64,000 bases of DNA from Selaginella moellendorffii (GCF_000143415.4 NW_003314295.1:1347923-1411922); one strand, 5' to 3'; counted from the stretch's first letter, positions 1 to 13,339 are shown. Numbers and translations: made by a program. Notes: generated from the sequence alone by a model not told the origin.

Positions 1-3000
1 GATTTTTAGAGTTTATCACTCTTCTTTAGCTAAATCACCTAAGATTAAAACAATTTGGGACAAGTTGAGCACTAGGTAATAGAACATTTTCATTTCAAAA
101 TCTTTTATTTTCATTTTTAAATCTTAACACAATTTATCAACTTATGATGCAATTGAATAAATAATCAATAGTGAGGCATATTGAGTTTGGTTCAATATTA
201 ATTGAAATTATCTCTTCCATCTTTCTATCTAGAATAGGTGAGCATGCTTAAATCTTTGTTTCATTTCTCTATGTTTAAAAACCTTTCTTGGTTTCTAGAG
301 CTTATCATTTTTATTTAGCTAAATCATCCAAGAGTAAAACAATTTGGGATGAGTAGAGCACTAGATAAAATAACATTTTATTTTCAAGATCTTTTGTTTT
401 TGTTTTTAAATCTTAACACAATTTATCAACTTATGATGCAACTGAATGATTAATCGATAAGGCATATTGAGCCTAATTCACTATTAACCAAAGTTGTCTT
501 CACTCCATCTCTCAATCTAAAGGAAGTGAGTGGGTTTAAATTTTTATTTCATTCTTATGTGTTTAAAAGCCTTCTCTGGTTTCCAGAGTTTATCGCTCTT
601 CTTTAGGTAAATCATCTAAGAGCACAATAATTTGAGTCAAACAAAGCACCATATAAGAGAATATTTTGCTTTCAAGATCTTTTGTTTTTGTTTTTAAATC
701 CTAACATAATTTATCAACTTGTCATGCATCTAAATAACTAATTAATAAGGAGACGTGTTGAACCCAATTCACTATCAGCCAAAATTATCTCTTTTCCATC
801 TCTCCATCCAAATGAGGTGAGTAGGCTTGAATCTTTACTTCATTCTTTTATGTTTCAAAGCCTTCATTAGTTTCTAAAGTTTATTGCTCTTCTTTAGCTA
901 AATCATTTAAAAGTAGAATAATTTGGGTCAAATAGAGCATTATATAAAAGAATATTCTACTTTCAAGATCTTTTGTTTTCATTTTAAAATCCTAACACAA
1001 TTTATCAATTTGTGATAGAATTAAACAATAAATCAATACTGAGGTGCATTGAGCCTGGTTCACTATTAACCAAAATTTTCTCCTCTCCATCTCTTTTTGC
1101 AAAGGAGGTGAGTAAGCTTAAATCTTTACTTCATTCCTCTATGTTTAAAAGCCTTCACTAATTTCCAAAATTTATTGTTCTTCTTTAGCTAAATCAATGA
1201 AGAGTAAAACAATTTGGGATAAGCAAAGCACTAGGTAATAAAACATTTTGCCTTAAAGATATTTTATTTTTATTTTAAAATCTTAACACAATTTATTAAC
1301 TTGTGATGCAGCTAAATGACTAATCAATAGTGATGTGCACTGAGCTCAGTTCACTATCAATCAAAGTTGTTTCTTCTTCATCTCTCCATCCAAAATAGGT
1401 GAGAGGGATTAAATCTTTGTTTTATTCCTCTATGTTTAAAAACCTTTGTTGGTTTTTAGAGTTTATTATTTTTCTTTACCTAAATCATCCAAGAGCACAA
1501 CAATTTGGGACGAACAAGGCACCAGATAAGAGCATATTTTTTTTAAAAAATCATTTGTTTTCATTTTTAAATCCTAACATAATTTATCAACTTGTGATGC
1601 AATTGAACAATTAATCAATAGTGAGGCGCATTAAGCCTAATTCATTATCAACCAAAGTTGTTTCTTCTCCATCTCTCAATTTAGAGGAGGTGAACAAGTT
1701 TAAATCTTTGCTTCATTCTTTCGTGCTTAAAAGTTTTTGTTGGTTTTTAGAGCTTATTGCTCTTCTTTAGTTAAATCATCCAAAAGTAGAATAATTTAGG
1801 ACGAACAAGGCACTAGGTAAGAGCACATTTATTTTTCAAGATCATTTATTTTTGTTTTTAAATTCTAACACAATTTATCAACTTGTGATGCAATTGAACA
1901 ACTAATCAATAGTGAGGCACACTCAACTTAGTTCACTATCAACCAAAGTCGTTTCCTTTCTATCTTTCTATCCAAAGGAGGTGAGTAGGCTTAAATTTTT
2001 GTTTCATTCCTCTATGTTTAAATATTGATTTTTTGTTTTATTACTTGGTGCTATGTTTGTCCTAAATTGTTTTGCTCTTAAACGATTTAGCTAAAGAAGA
2101 GTGATAAGCTTTAGAAACTAGGGAAAACTTTTAAACATAGAGGAATGAAGCAAATATTTAAGCCCACTCACCCCCTTTAAATGGAGAAATGGAGAGGAGA
2201 TAATTTTAGTTGATATTGAATCGCGCTCAATGCACTTCACTATTAATTAGTCATTCAGTTGCATCACAAATTGATAAATTGTGTTAGGATTTCAAATGAA
2301 AACAAAAGATCTTGAAAGAAAAATATTCTCTTATATAGTGTTTTGTTTGTTTTAAATTATTTTACTCTTAGATGATTTAGTTAAAAAAGAGCAATAAGCT
2401 CTAAAGGCTAATGAAGGTTTTTAAACATAAAAGAATGAAGAAAAGATTTAAACCCACTCACTTCCTTTGGATGAAGAGATGGAAAGGAGACAACTTTGGT
2501 TGATAATGAATTGGGCTCAACACGTATCACTATTGATTAATTGTTCAAGTGCATGACGAAATAATAAATTATGTTAGGATTTAAAAACAAAAACAAAAGA
2601 CCTTAAAATCAAAACTCTTCTTTAGCTAAATCACCAAAGAGTAGAATAATTTGAGATGAGCAAAGCACTAGGTAATAGAACATTTGAATTTAAAATATTT
2701 TGTTTTTATTTTGAAATCTTAACACAATTTATCAATTTGTGATGCAACTAAACAATTAATCAATAGTGAGATGCATTGAGCCCGGTTCAATATCAACCAA
2801 AATTATCTTCTTTTAATCTCTCTATTCAAAGGAGGTGAGCAAGCTTAAATCTTTACTTCATTCTTTTGTGTTTGTTGGTTTCTAAAGTTTATCACTTTTG
2901 TTTAGCTAAATCATTTAAGAGCAAAATAATTTGGGATGAGTAAAGGACTAGGTAAAAAAACATTTTGCTTTCAAGATTTTTTATTTTCATTTTTAAATCT

Positions 3001-3600
3001 TAATACAATTTATTAATTTATGATGCAGCTGAACAATTAATCAATAGCATGCTAAGCCCAGTTCACTATCAATTGAAGTTGTCTCTTCTCCATCTTTCCA
3101 TCTAAAGGAGGTGAATGAATTTAAATCTTTACTTCATTCTTCTGTGTTTAAAAGTATTTATTGGTTTCTAGAACTTATTGCTCTTTTTTAATTAAATCAT
3201 CAAAAAGCAAAACAATTTAGGATGAGTAGAGCACCTAGTTCAATATCAACCAAAATTGTCTCCTCTCCATCTCTTTATCCAAAGGAGTTAAGTTTACTTA
3301 ATTTTTTGCTTCATTCCTCTGTGTTAACTTTTTGATTAGTTTCTAGAGTTTATCAATCTTAATTATTCAAGAACTGAGTTATAGAGTAGACCACCACGTA
3401 AGAGAACATTTGGCTTTCGATATCTTTTTTTGTTGTTTTTGAATTCTAGTAGGATTCTGTAGGCATAAACGTTATCTTCACATCAAGATAATCATAGTGC
3501 TTTAGCCCAGTTCACTATTAATCGAATTTGCTTCCAATCCAGAGGGAGGTGAGCAGGCTACAAGGTAATCTTTACTTTCATCTTTGTTTTGCTTTGTATC
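1..3600. repeat. AT-rich tandem repeat array, unit ~290 bp, ~12 diverged copies, with an inverted block at ~2030-2613
   Basis: The motif 'tttctagagtttatcgctcttctttagctaaatcatccaagag..aatttggga' recurs at ~1, 291, 580, 870, 1160, 1451 and 1742. It appears as the reverse complement at ~2041-2120 and ~2335-2410, then forward again at ~2615, 2880, 3165 and 3340. Confidence 0.9.
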
Positions 3601-4300
3601 TTTTTATTAGTTTTTATACCAACTTGTGAAATGTTAGCTTTGGGAATTCAACACTTACGAACCCAAGAAATATTCCAGCATTGGTTCAGGGGATATATTG
3701 ATCTCTATGATGTTTCTGTTGAAGTTAAGTTGGAAGCAAGAACTATCAATCAAGTGCAATATTTTCATTTATTTTTATGCATAAAATTTGAAAAAATTAA
3801 TTCAGGCTAGAGGAGTAAATCCATGATGTGACGTAGCCATTTGTAGATCAAAATGGTCAACTTTTACTTGTCTTGGAAGGTTTGGTTAGTGAGAGTATAA
3901 TTTCCTTTTTATTAGCACATGGTAAATTTGAAGATTTTATAAGTATTTCAATTTCTTTTTTACTACTAAATCATATAATTTGTTTTAGAGCAGTCCTAGA
4001 TACCCATCAGTTTTTGCAATTACTTTGGTAAAGGTATGGAACAAAGGCTTTATGCACCTTCTCAAATGGATGCTATATTTTTATGGTGAAAAAAATGATT
4101 TTTTGCAAAATTTAGGTGATGTTGTCTCGTTTGGGGGAACTCATGCTGGGAAATTACACAATAAAACATTGGTGAGTACAAATCCTTCATTATTGTTGTG
4201 AAATTTACATTTACATTTATTAGATTATGCTTGCCAATAGAGAATGGGAATCACACATCAAACACTCCCTTGCATCTGAGATGTTCCCTTATATACTATT
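3600..4300 (+). pseudogene. Decayed multi-exon gene/TE remnant of unknown family
   Basis: Exon-like blocks are bounded by ag|...|gt signals (e.g. atttag|GTGATG...CATTG|gtgagt at ~4116-4172) and contain in-frame stops. No family was recognised. Confidence 0.35.
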
Positions 4301-4718
4301 GAAATACCTGTATACTTGTTCTTAGATCTAGCAAACACAACAAACTTTGAGATGGGGTTATACACAGCATAACACTCACTAAAATAGGTGAGAAAGTGAC
4401 TTTAAAATATGGAATACTTTATGACTCTTTTAAATATTAGGACTCCAACAATGACAACCGACTCACTAATAGATGCTGAAAGAAAAGTGTAAATATTGAA
4501 TAACCAAAAGAAAAAAAGAACCATGTAAGTGCTCTCGTCCCCATCATAGAAAGGGCAACCTTTGCAAAGTCCTGTTTTGGTTTGTTTGCCTATACTTCTA
4601 AGGGTGGTAAAGTCATTGCAGAGTATAATCGACTGGATGTAGTAGAGATCAATGCACACATTTGCAGGGAAGCAAGTGGGAGCAAGCTCATCATGCATGA
4701 TCATGTCCTTGGCTAGCT

Positions 4719-6020
4719 TCAGCTGGAAAGCTGGAATCCCCACCCTGTCATATGCACCATCACCAAGTCCCATGCCCCAGAGTGATCCCCCTCGCTCCAC
4801 AACCAGGTGGTGAGTGATATCATGCTGCTGCTCTCCAAGTCTGCAGTCCCAAAGCTCATTGTGTCCCTTAGTACAATCCTCACACCACTACTGTTGCTGC
4901 CACTGTTGCTGCTAGCACCACCAGTGCTCTTCACTCTCTCAAACAAGAGTGCTAGAAGCTGTCCCCTCCCCACATACTCTTTGAAGCCCAGGTAGAATCG
5001 GATCCCTTGACCGAAGTTGCCATCAGCCGAGGTGGCAAGGAACTGGTCCGTGTCGGCCACAAGCTCAGGTAGGGTGTGCAACTTGGCAACACTCAACACT
5101 CCCTGTGGCCAATCATGCCCGACCAACATCCTTCCCATCTTCATGTTCGGTGGGAGCTCTAGGGGAGTGACCACCTTGATAAAGTGAGGAGAAAAACGAG
5201 TAGAGGTGCCACTTGCATTCATCCTCACCATGGCTCCAACATCCAGTAGGAATAGTGCGCATGCTAGGGTATGATCTAGGCAAATGAAACCATCTTTCTC
5301 AACACCCATGGCCTCGACACACATCATCTTGGAGTTGTCAAGCACCAAGTACACTCGCTTCATAGCCATTGTCTTCAAAGCCCTTGGCAGACACATTCCT
5401 GAAAAGAACAAGCTTCCTCTCATTGAATTAGACGTAATCTAGAGCATTTGCCTCTATTGGTGAGAGATCGGTCTTTGATTTGAGAGCTGATAGCACCCTC
5501 TTTTTTCTTGATACCACTAACCTACCTACTTGTGAAAGTTAATGTGATTGTTCATACAAGATGTGAAGTGTATAAGATCAGCCATCAACTCAAAGGCCAA
5601 TCTCTCACCAGCAGAGGTAGATGCTCTAGATTATGTCCAGTTCAATGAGAGGAACCTTGTTCTTTTCAGGAATGTGTCTGCCAAGAGCTTTGAAGACAGT
5701 GGCTATTTCTCAGGACTCAAGCAGGAGTATCTAGTGCTTGACAACTCCAAGATGATGTGCATTGAGGCCATGGGTGTCGAGAGATATGGTTTTGTTTGTC
5801 TAGATCATACCCTAGCACTGCGCCATTCCTACTGGATGTTGGAGGCACAGTGAGGATGAATGCGGGTGGCACCTCTGCTCATTTTTGCTTTTTCAAGGTG
5901 GTTGCTCTCCTAGAGCTCCCAACGAACTTGAAGATGGGAAGGACCTTGGCTGGGCATGACTGGCCGCAGGGAGTGTTGAGCATTGCCAAGTTGCACACCC
6001 TACCTGAGCTTATGGCCAAG
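4719..6020. repeat. Inverted duplication of an unknown coding sequence (arms ~5053-5490 and ~5576-6018, spacer ~85 bp)
   Basis: The minus-strand ORF 4719-5423 and the plus-strand ORFs 5548-5853/5796-6047 encode the same peptide (YLVLDNSKMMC.EAMGVE..GF.CLDHTLA...GHDWPQGVLS.AKLHTLPEL). Both copies are frameshifted. Confidence 0.85.
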
Positions 6021-6029
6021 ACATTGATC

Positions 6030-7400
6030 TCTTTGGGTGACCGATGATGAATAGGAACCTTGATTGGATGAGCATCCCTTGTTGGACTCAAATGATGTGT
6101 GACAATCTTGGCCCCAGATGATAAGTCAAATTCAAAGAGATCACCATACTCCTTCATGAGCCGGTCAATTGCTGTAACACAAAGACCGTCAGAAGGATCG
6201 GAAAAGGGAAGAGCAAAACAAGATGGAAAAATTAAGAAGTAATGGTGAAACAAAAGTAATGGAAACAGAGGTAGAAGCAAAGGGACAAAGAAGTACGAAA
6301 GTGAGAGGAATGGAAGAAATATAAGGAATTATATGACAAAGAGGAGAAGCCTCAAAGTCACATTTAGCATAATTGCGCTGCACTAATCCATACCAAAAAT
6401 AAGGTCAAAAGCTTGACTTGGCACCACCCACAATGACTGCAACCCAAGCTTGAGATCGCCCATATGCACAACTAGATCCGCCTTATCCTGTGCACATGTA
6501 TGTGTATGGCCGTTGCCATCAAGAATGAAAATTAGCTCTGCCGCATAACACAAATGTAGATAACAACATGTGGCAACAAGTTGAGCAATAGAAGATAAAT
6601 TTGAACTTCTATCAACCAATATGAAGAAAATAATAAGAGACCTCTTATTATAAAAATGAGTTTGAAAACTAAACACTAGATGAACTGGTGCTAAGTGAAC
6701 CTCTTGATGGTACTTGCAAAAAAAAGATGGAAGGGTCATTAACTTATTTCTACAAGGTCTCTTTGTTACTCATGTGATTCGTCGTTTCCTAGATGCATTT
6801 CGGTGTCCAAACCTTCCACTACAGCAACATTAACAGGACATTTAAGCCAAGGTCTCCATCCAAGAAATGGAGACCACTAATTTGGAGAATGCTGACAATA
6901 TCGATAAGTGTGACCAACTTCATCACATGCCTAGTAGCGAACATCACGGCCACAACCACATCCTTATCCTTGTTTTTGAACTCAAGTAGTAGCAATATCA
7001 ACTTCCATTGGAACAAGACTATCACCCATAGGAAGTGGAGTTGAAGAATGTGTAGCAAGAGGTGGAAGAGGCAATGTCTTATAACATTATGCCAAGCAAA
7101 GAGCATTGTCAAGGGTGGCTGGAGTAAGTGCATGCACAAGTTTTACAAGATTTTGACGAAATGTTATCCACAACATTCCAAGCTTGATCCACTTTGACAT
7201 ATTTGGGCACGAAGAAAGAGGTTTTGAAAACAAATGCCAAATTGCATCACTTTCAAAACAAAAGAAAGGAAATGGAAAAAGTTAGAGCTAGATGATGTAA
7301 AAATTAGATCTAACCAAAATCCCAAATCCAAACACTCATCAGGGACAATTATAGGTGCCCCTTATTGCCACCAGGAATATAGAAAGGGAATATAGAAAAT
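6030..7400 (-). mobile_element. Degenerate Ty3/gypsy-like LTR retrotransposon gag-protease fragment
   Basis: The minus strand carries a decayed CCHC knuckle (RY*ACDEVGHTYRYC, ~6895-6940), a degenerate aspartic-protease motif (ILVDRSS) and the pre-RT segment LMKEYGDLF...HHL...PIKVPIHHRSPKE. The order is gag-PR-RT as in gypsy elements. Confidence 0.6.
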
Positions 7401-9265
7401 ATGTATATTAATTAACTAAAAATACAAGAGCGAGTGGTCCAGATTAAAACCAATTTGACAGCTACTAAAATCACACAACATTAATATTAGTATATAGCAC
7501 TGTAGCACTTGGACCTCACAACATTTCTTTTTGTTCCTTTTGTTTAACAAAAATAATTCATAATTGTATAAAAAATAAAGTAATTATATTAATCTTAATT
7601 TTCCATTTTGGTAATCCTTAAAATGTTGAAGATCAAAGTGATAATGAAGTTACTTGACCAATAATTAACTATCAAGAAATATTTAGTTGTTAAGTATTAA
7701 TTATTAAAATTCTTATAGCATTTCTAAAATGTTTTGATAAAATTACTAAAAGATATCATAATATATACTCAAAATAGTTCCCGAGAGTTCTGAAAAGAAC
7801 TTATATGAGTATCATATAAATACTGAAATAACAATTATTTTTTTAAAGCATCTATTAAATCATCATATAGTATAATCATTTGCGATTTATTGAATAAGTG
7901 TTTTAACAACTTGAGAAACACTTTATAGAAACTCAAATGTTCTAAATTAAAATTTAGACAAGATTCTAAAATTTTAAGGTTTGTGATTTTGTGAAATAAA
8001 ATGCAGTTAAATTTTGAAAAAACTATAAGTTATTAATTTATTTTCCTAACAAAATTATAAATTTCATGGGTTCTTGAGGAAAATTACTTATTTAACCCAG
8101 TTTATATTAAAGTTTTTTAAATTTCTTCTCTATTGTGCAATTTTTACATTTATTTAAATAAAAAATAAGATTGTGCAATATTTTTTATATGTAAGGTTCT
8201 AATATAAAGCAATTTTTTATCATCAACATGATATTTTTTTAATTTATAGTGAATATTTTTCTTATGGTTTAAACATGAGTTGACCAAAAGCTTAGTACAA
8301 TTTGCTAAAGATCAAATGCGTATACAACATTTATTCAATTTAAATGTTTGATAAATCTAATTTTTATCTTTTTTTAATGTTATTTTTAGAATTGTTTACA
8401 AATGATACTCATTTGCGGATTTAATAGTTATTAAATATTATAGTTGGGATTATATATAACATAACTTCAAAAACTTACTCTATATGTATAAAGTGTTGTT
8501 GTGTTTCATAAAAAGCCACTATTTAATTAATGTTTAATATTTCTTATTTATTTTTTCAATGATATTCTAATAAAGTTGTTGTGATGGTGTTAAAATTACA
8601 TCATTTGCTTACATGGGAGTCTACTAAATAATTTGATATAACTTATCTATACATATAAATTTAACAAATTTGAGTCATTCAAGATAAACTGTTTAATTAT
8701 TTATATGGTTTTTTGTTAATGTGCATTAAACATGCACATTATATTATTCACATAATCAAATTTAAGTGATGTGGTAATTTAAATAGCAAAGTTACAATGT
8801 CTATACTCATAAATTTATATATTAAATTATTTTATATATTTTGATAAATGGGATATAGATATTCTCATAAATTGACATTTTTGTTTTTTGAAGGTTAAAA
8901 TAACTTTTATCTATATAAAATGAAACTATATATATATATTAAAATAATAAAACAAGTAGAAACGATAAACTAAATTAGATATATCAATATATAATTCACT
9001 ACACTACTCATTTTATAATGTTTTGAATGCATCATAACATAACTTTTTAAATAAAATTTACTTTAATTAATTAATTAAAATATCTTATTAATTTGTAAAA
9101 TGTACATGTTTGACATAATGAGATAATGTAAAATCTTATAATTTTCCATTCTTAAATACAATTGCTATATTTACATTTTATAATATATTTACTTTATTTC
9201 TTCTATTAGCATATTAGATTAACATTCTTTGTCAAAAAGATATAAAAAGTAAAAATATATTGAAT

Positions 9266-11428
9266 TTACACTATAATTCTGGTAGACTTCAGCTTGCGTT
9301 TTCTCTTAATGCGAGGATTGGCATCCAAAGAGCACGACATGGCCTCCAGCAACGCCAAGTCCTCCTCACACGTCAAGATTTTCACAGCATCCGGCTTATC
9401 CAAAAGCATCTTGGCAACAAGATAGCCCGCAATGGACCAAGTCTGGTAGAGTCGAGCCTGCTTCCCTACGAACCTTGCTGCTCTTGTGTCATAATACTCT
9501 GGCCATCTGTCTCTGGAGATCCGTTTCTCCGCAACTTCAATGGCACGCTCAGCCATCTCCGGGCGCCCCATCTTGATGCAAGCCACAGTAAGCTATAAGC
9601 AACATAGAAAAAACCATTAGCCAGAATCTACTCGCGAAGAGCTTGATAGCTTGCCTGCCACAAGAGAGTCGGCCAGGAACCTCCGTTGTGATACGACCAC
9701 GGTCTGTCTCCAAGTCCAAAATGTCAAGGTAAAACATGCCAAAAGAAAAGAACGAGCTTACGTGTTTTTGGGATCACTTCCGGTGATGATACGCCACTCC
9801 TCTCCCTGCAAAGCCGGATAGCATATCTTCATAGGCATGTTGCCGACGAAGTCCACCCAGCGAGCTTCGATGAGATCGAGTATGCCTTCTGCCTGTTCTG
9901 GCGTGGCTAAAGAGCTCACAATCGCCCACAGGTTGCCAAGAGAGAAGAACCGAAAGTCCATATGAGCTGGTTGAAGATTTCCAACCAGGTACCCGCCTTT
10001 GTTGGGAATCCAGTCCACCAGCCATGGCGAGAGGTGGTCCGGATAGATGTTAAACTTGTTGACTGCCTCGTGAGAATACTCCTCGGTTTTGTAGCGGTAA
10101 ATCTCGTTGAGCTTTCCCATGTCCACCCAGTAATACTCTCTGATGTGAAAGGACAGGGCACTGAGTCGAGAAGTGAGGGTCCTGATGAGATCAAGCGCGC
10201 TGTCTTCCGAGATCAGCATTTCCCGAGCACACCTTAGTGCAGAGTAAAACAGAGCCTCAAAAGATAGAAAAACTAGTCAGGAAAGTGAAAGCTTTCAAGA
10301 AGGATGGCATACCTGTATTTCGAGGGGATGGCCATGAATTCCCATCCTTCTGTCGATCATGCACGAACCATCAGTCACGAGCAAAGTCGGAAACATGTCG
10401 AAGCCATCAGCAAGGCAAAGCTTCAGGATCATTTTCATGCCGGTTTGGACGTCGACCCTCTCTTGCAACGTGTAATCCCCGGTGCTTTTGCCATAAGCTC
10501 TCAAAAGAATAATCCACCACAATCCTGTTTAGAGAACCAAATGGAAGTTAAACCACATGGTTGCACGCAAAGCTTTCTTCTGTTCTCACCGGAATCGACA
10601 GGAGCAACTCGGCCAATGGCAGCTTCACCAAAATCTGGATCCAAAACCTCCTCCGTGCCATTTGCTGGATCACCCTCGAGAGGAACAGTTCTCACTTTAA
10701 AGCTGGCGGGCATCAGTCCCTGGCCGGGATTGTAGCAATCCACGGTCTTCTCCCAGCTCTGATACAAACAGAAAAAATGGAGCTCCATAAGTTCATTTCT
10801 CAGAACAACATACCTGGAGCTGGAGCGTGTGTAGAAGAAAATTCCGGACAATGTCTGTCTCGCCCTTGAGCAGGAAAGCTATGGCGGACGGGATAAAGTC
10901 CCTGATAAAAACTTGGTCGTAGTTCAAAGGGTGGCCATCGGTGGGATCATTGGCAGCGATCGTCCCGACTGGAGTCCCACAGTAGTAAACCATGGCAGAC
11001 CTGAGAAGCTCCCAAGCCTCGTGTTCCAAAGGGCTCTCTCGCTTAGAAAAGCTTTGCTTGTCTGCCAATGCCGCCTTGCGGATCTCTCCCACTGTGAGCG
11101 GCGCCACGGCCCCTCCATGGCGGACATAGACGTGCCCGGGCCTCAAATTCTCGCCCACCGACACGACCAGCGTGAGATCGCTGCCCTCTTTCTTCCTCTT
11201 AGCCTCCCCGTCTGGAGCTGGCAATGGATGATCTTCCTCGCTGCCGCTGCTGCTGCCACTGGCTGTGCTTGAGGCCCGGGCGATGCAATGCCGGAGCCGG
11301 ACGACGCCATAGACCTTCTTGCGAAATTCGTACCTCACCCGCGATCTCTGCCCGATGGCGGACGATCCCTGCGTGGCGATGGCAGTGTGGCCGCAGCCGC
11401 AGCTGTGGCGCGGCTGGACAGCATGCAT
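9266..11428 (-). CDS. Alkaline/neutral invertase (GH100), organellar-type, multi-exon
   Basis: Motifs present: [85 protein letters not shown] and [18 protein letters not shown]. There is an N-terminal extension; the exact start is uncertain. Confidence 0.95.
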
Positions 11429-11719
11429 TGCGACCTAAAGTTTCTTGGTGCTCCCATTTTCGCCCTTTTTGACATGGCCAAACCTAGTCGCCCGACAGGG
11501 TGCCAAGTGTCCACCCTAATGTGGCTGCTTCATTCAGCACTTTTTCTGTGGTCCAGATTTCAATTGGGTTTTTTAACGGACAAGATTTATTTTAATAACC
11601 ATGCACAATTAAATTCTTTTGCTTTAATAAAAGTTTACCATATGATTGTGAACAATATCAAGTGGTATAGTATACGTTTTAATGTTTAATCACTTCAAAT
11701 ATTAGTAGTTTGTTATAAT

Positions 11720-12999
11720 TTACATGTTTTTCTTCGGGTCCAAGAGCTTCTTTTCATCCCAAAACGGGCATTTGGAGGCAGCCGCATGGTCCGACGTCCA
11801 CTTTCTGTTGCAAAGGTAGCAAAACTCGTACTTACACCTGAAAACCCCAGAGAAAAAGGTCAAGGGAATGATCAAACAATGGCTTACCGGCAAACAACGT
11901 GGTTGCAGCCCCGCGTCAGCTCGATCATGCTGCCGCACTGGCCGCACTGCTTCCACTTGTTCCTCGACGCCAGCTTGTAGAGCTTCACCCCGTCAAAGTC
12001 GCGCAGCACGGCCGGGACCTTCTCAAACTCGCGGCAGGACATGCCAAAGTGCCATGGCACCTTGCACTTGAGGCAGAAGCCATTGCCGCACGCGAGGCAT
12101 TTGACCATGAACGACGCACGAGCGTTGGATTGAGTCGTCGAAGTCGCCGAGGATGAAGGAAGGGAATCTGATGACGAAGGAATAGGAGCAGACGAGGTCC
12201 AAGCTGGAAGAGACGAAGAAGGCGAAGAGGGCGAAGAAGCTCTCCAAGAACTCTGGGAGCCTCTCCGAGGACTCTTGTTAGAGCTCTTGGAACAACTTTT
12301 TGGAGAACTCGAAGAACTTGAAGAGGATGGCACGGCGTCGAGCAGGCGCTTGTCCATGACTTCGGAGCACTCCTTGTAGGGGCAGTAGATCTTGAACTCC
12401 GCGGGAATGCTCTGCTCCACCCTGTTCTTCTCCAGCAGCTGGATGCTCTCCTTGGACAGCAGCTCGGTGCAAACTTCATAGTCCAGAACCGCGAGACAAT
12501 GCTCTGACGGGCATCGCACCTCCACAGCTCCTTCTTTCACCCTCACCTCCGCGTTGTGCCTCATGCACTGGATGCAGAACCTGTGCTCGCAGGGTTGCAC
12601 GGTCATCATCTCCTGCAGCGAAAGCCTGTCTTCGGTGCAAATTCGACAAGTTTCTCTGCGCATCCTTTGTTCTTCTTCTTGTTGTCGCTCCAGGACTTTG
12701 GCCAGCAGCACCGCATCGATCAGCTCCTCTCGGTTTTGGATCTCCCAGGCAGCAAACACTTCTTCGGCTCGGGAGGCTTCCATTACTTCAGCCAACTGCA
12801 GATCGAATGCGAGGTCGTAATCCTGAGTCAGATGACTATCCTCGTGATTGAAATCGGAATCCTGAGTCGGATGACTGTACTCATGATCGAAATCGTAATC
12901 CTGTGTCGGATGACTATACTCATGATTTGGCAGGGGGACTCCCGATTGGTATGACGAGCTGCCGCTACTCCCTGCGGAAACACTCTGCGAGCTACCCAT
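11720..12999 (-). CDS. RBR (RING-IBR-RING) E3 ubiquitin ligase, 2 exons
   Basis: RING1 CRIC..CEHRFCIQC..CPSEHC; IBR YCPYKEC...CLACGNGFCLKCKVPWH; RING2 WKQCGQC..IELTRGCNHVVCR|CKYEFCYLC. The ATG at 12999 starts MGSSQS. Confidence 0.9.
12812..12930 (-). repeat. 3 x 39-bp coding tandem repeat (HEYSHPTQDYDFD)
   Basis: The translation reads HEYSHPTQDYDFD-HEYSHPTQDSDFN-HEDSHLTQDYDLA. Confidence 0.85.
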
Positions 13000-13339
13000 T
13001 CCCAACTATCCTACCATCGATCCAGCGTGTGCGCGCGAATTTGAAGCCCGAAAATCCAATGCCGTGTTGTGGACCTGTCCGCGAAGAAGCTTTTTAAATT
13101 TTACTGTTGTCTTCTCGCCTACAAGCTCCCAAGTTTGTACGTAGCTGGTTTGAAAAAACTCGTGGTAGGCCATGAAAAGCTTTTGATTTTCAAATTTTTT
13201 AGTTTATTCGAGGACCTGAAGCTAACAAGGAGAAGATCAGTCATTCTCACGCGAACGATCAGTCATTCTCACGAGCGTAGCTTCAAGGAAGAACTTGGTT
13301 TTGATCGAGCAATAGTTTACTTTTATCGATGGAAAGGTC

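Noticed and set aside
5495-5520. PBS-like TGGTATCA plus purine tract on the minus strand in the inverted-repeat spacer
   Set aside because: Only an 8-nt match, with no identifiable LTR pair.
7400-9260. Extremely AT-rich stretch abutting the invertase stop
   Set aside because: No ORF, termini or repeat unit that I could support.
13236-13280. 22-bp tandem duplication (a similar one at ~55535-55585)
   Set aside because: Ordinary slippage-type duplications in UTR/intergenic DNA with no functional evidence.
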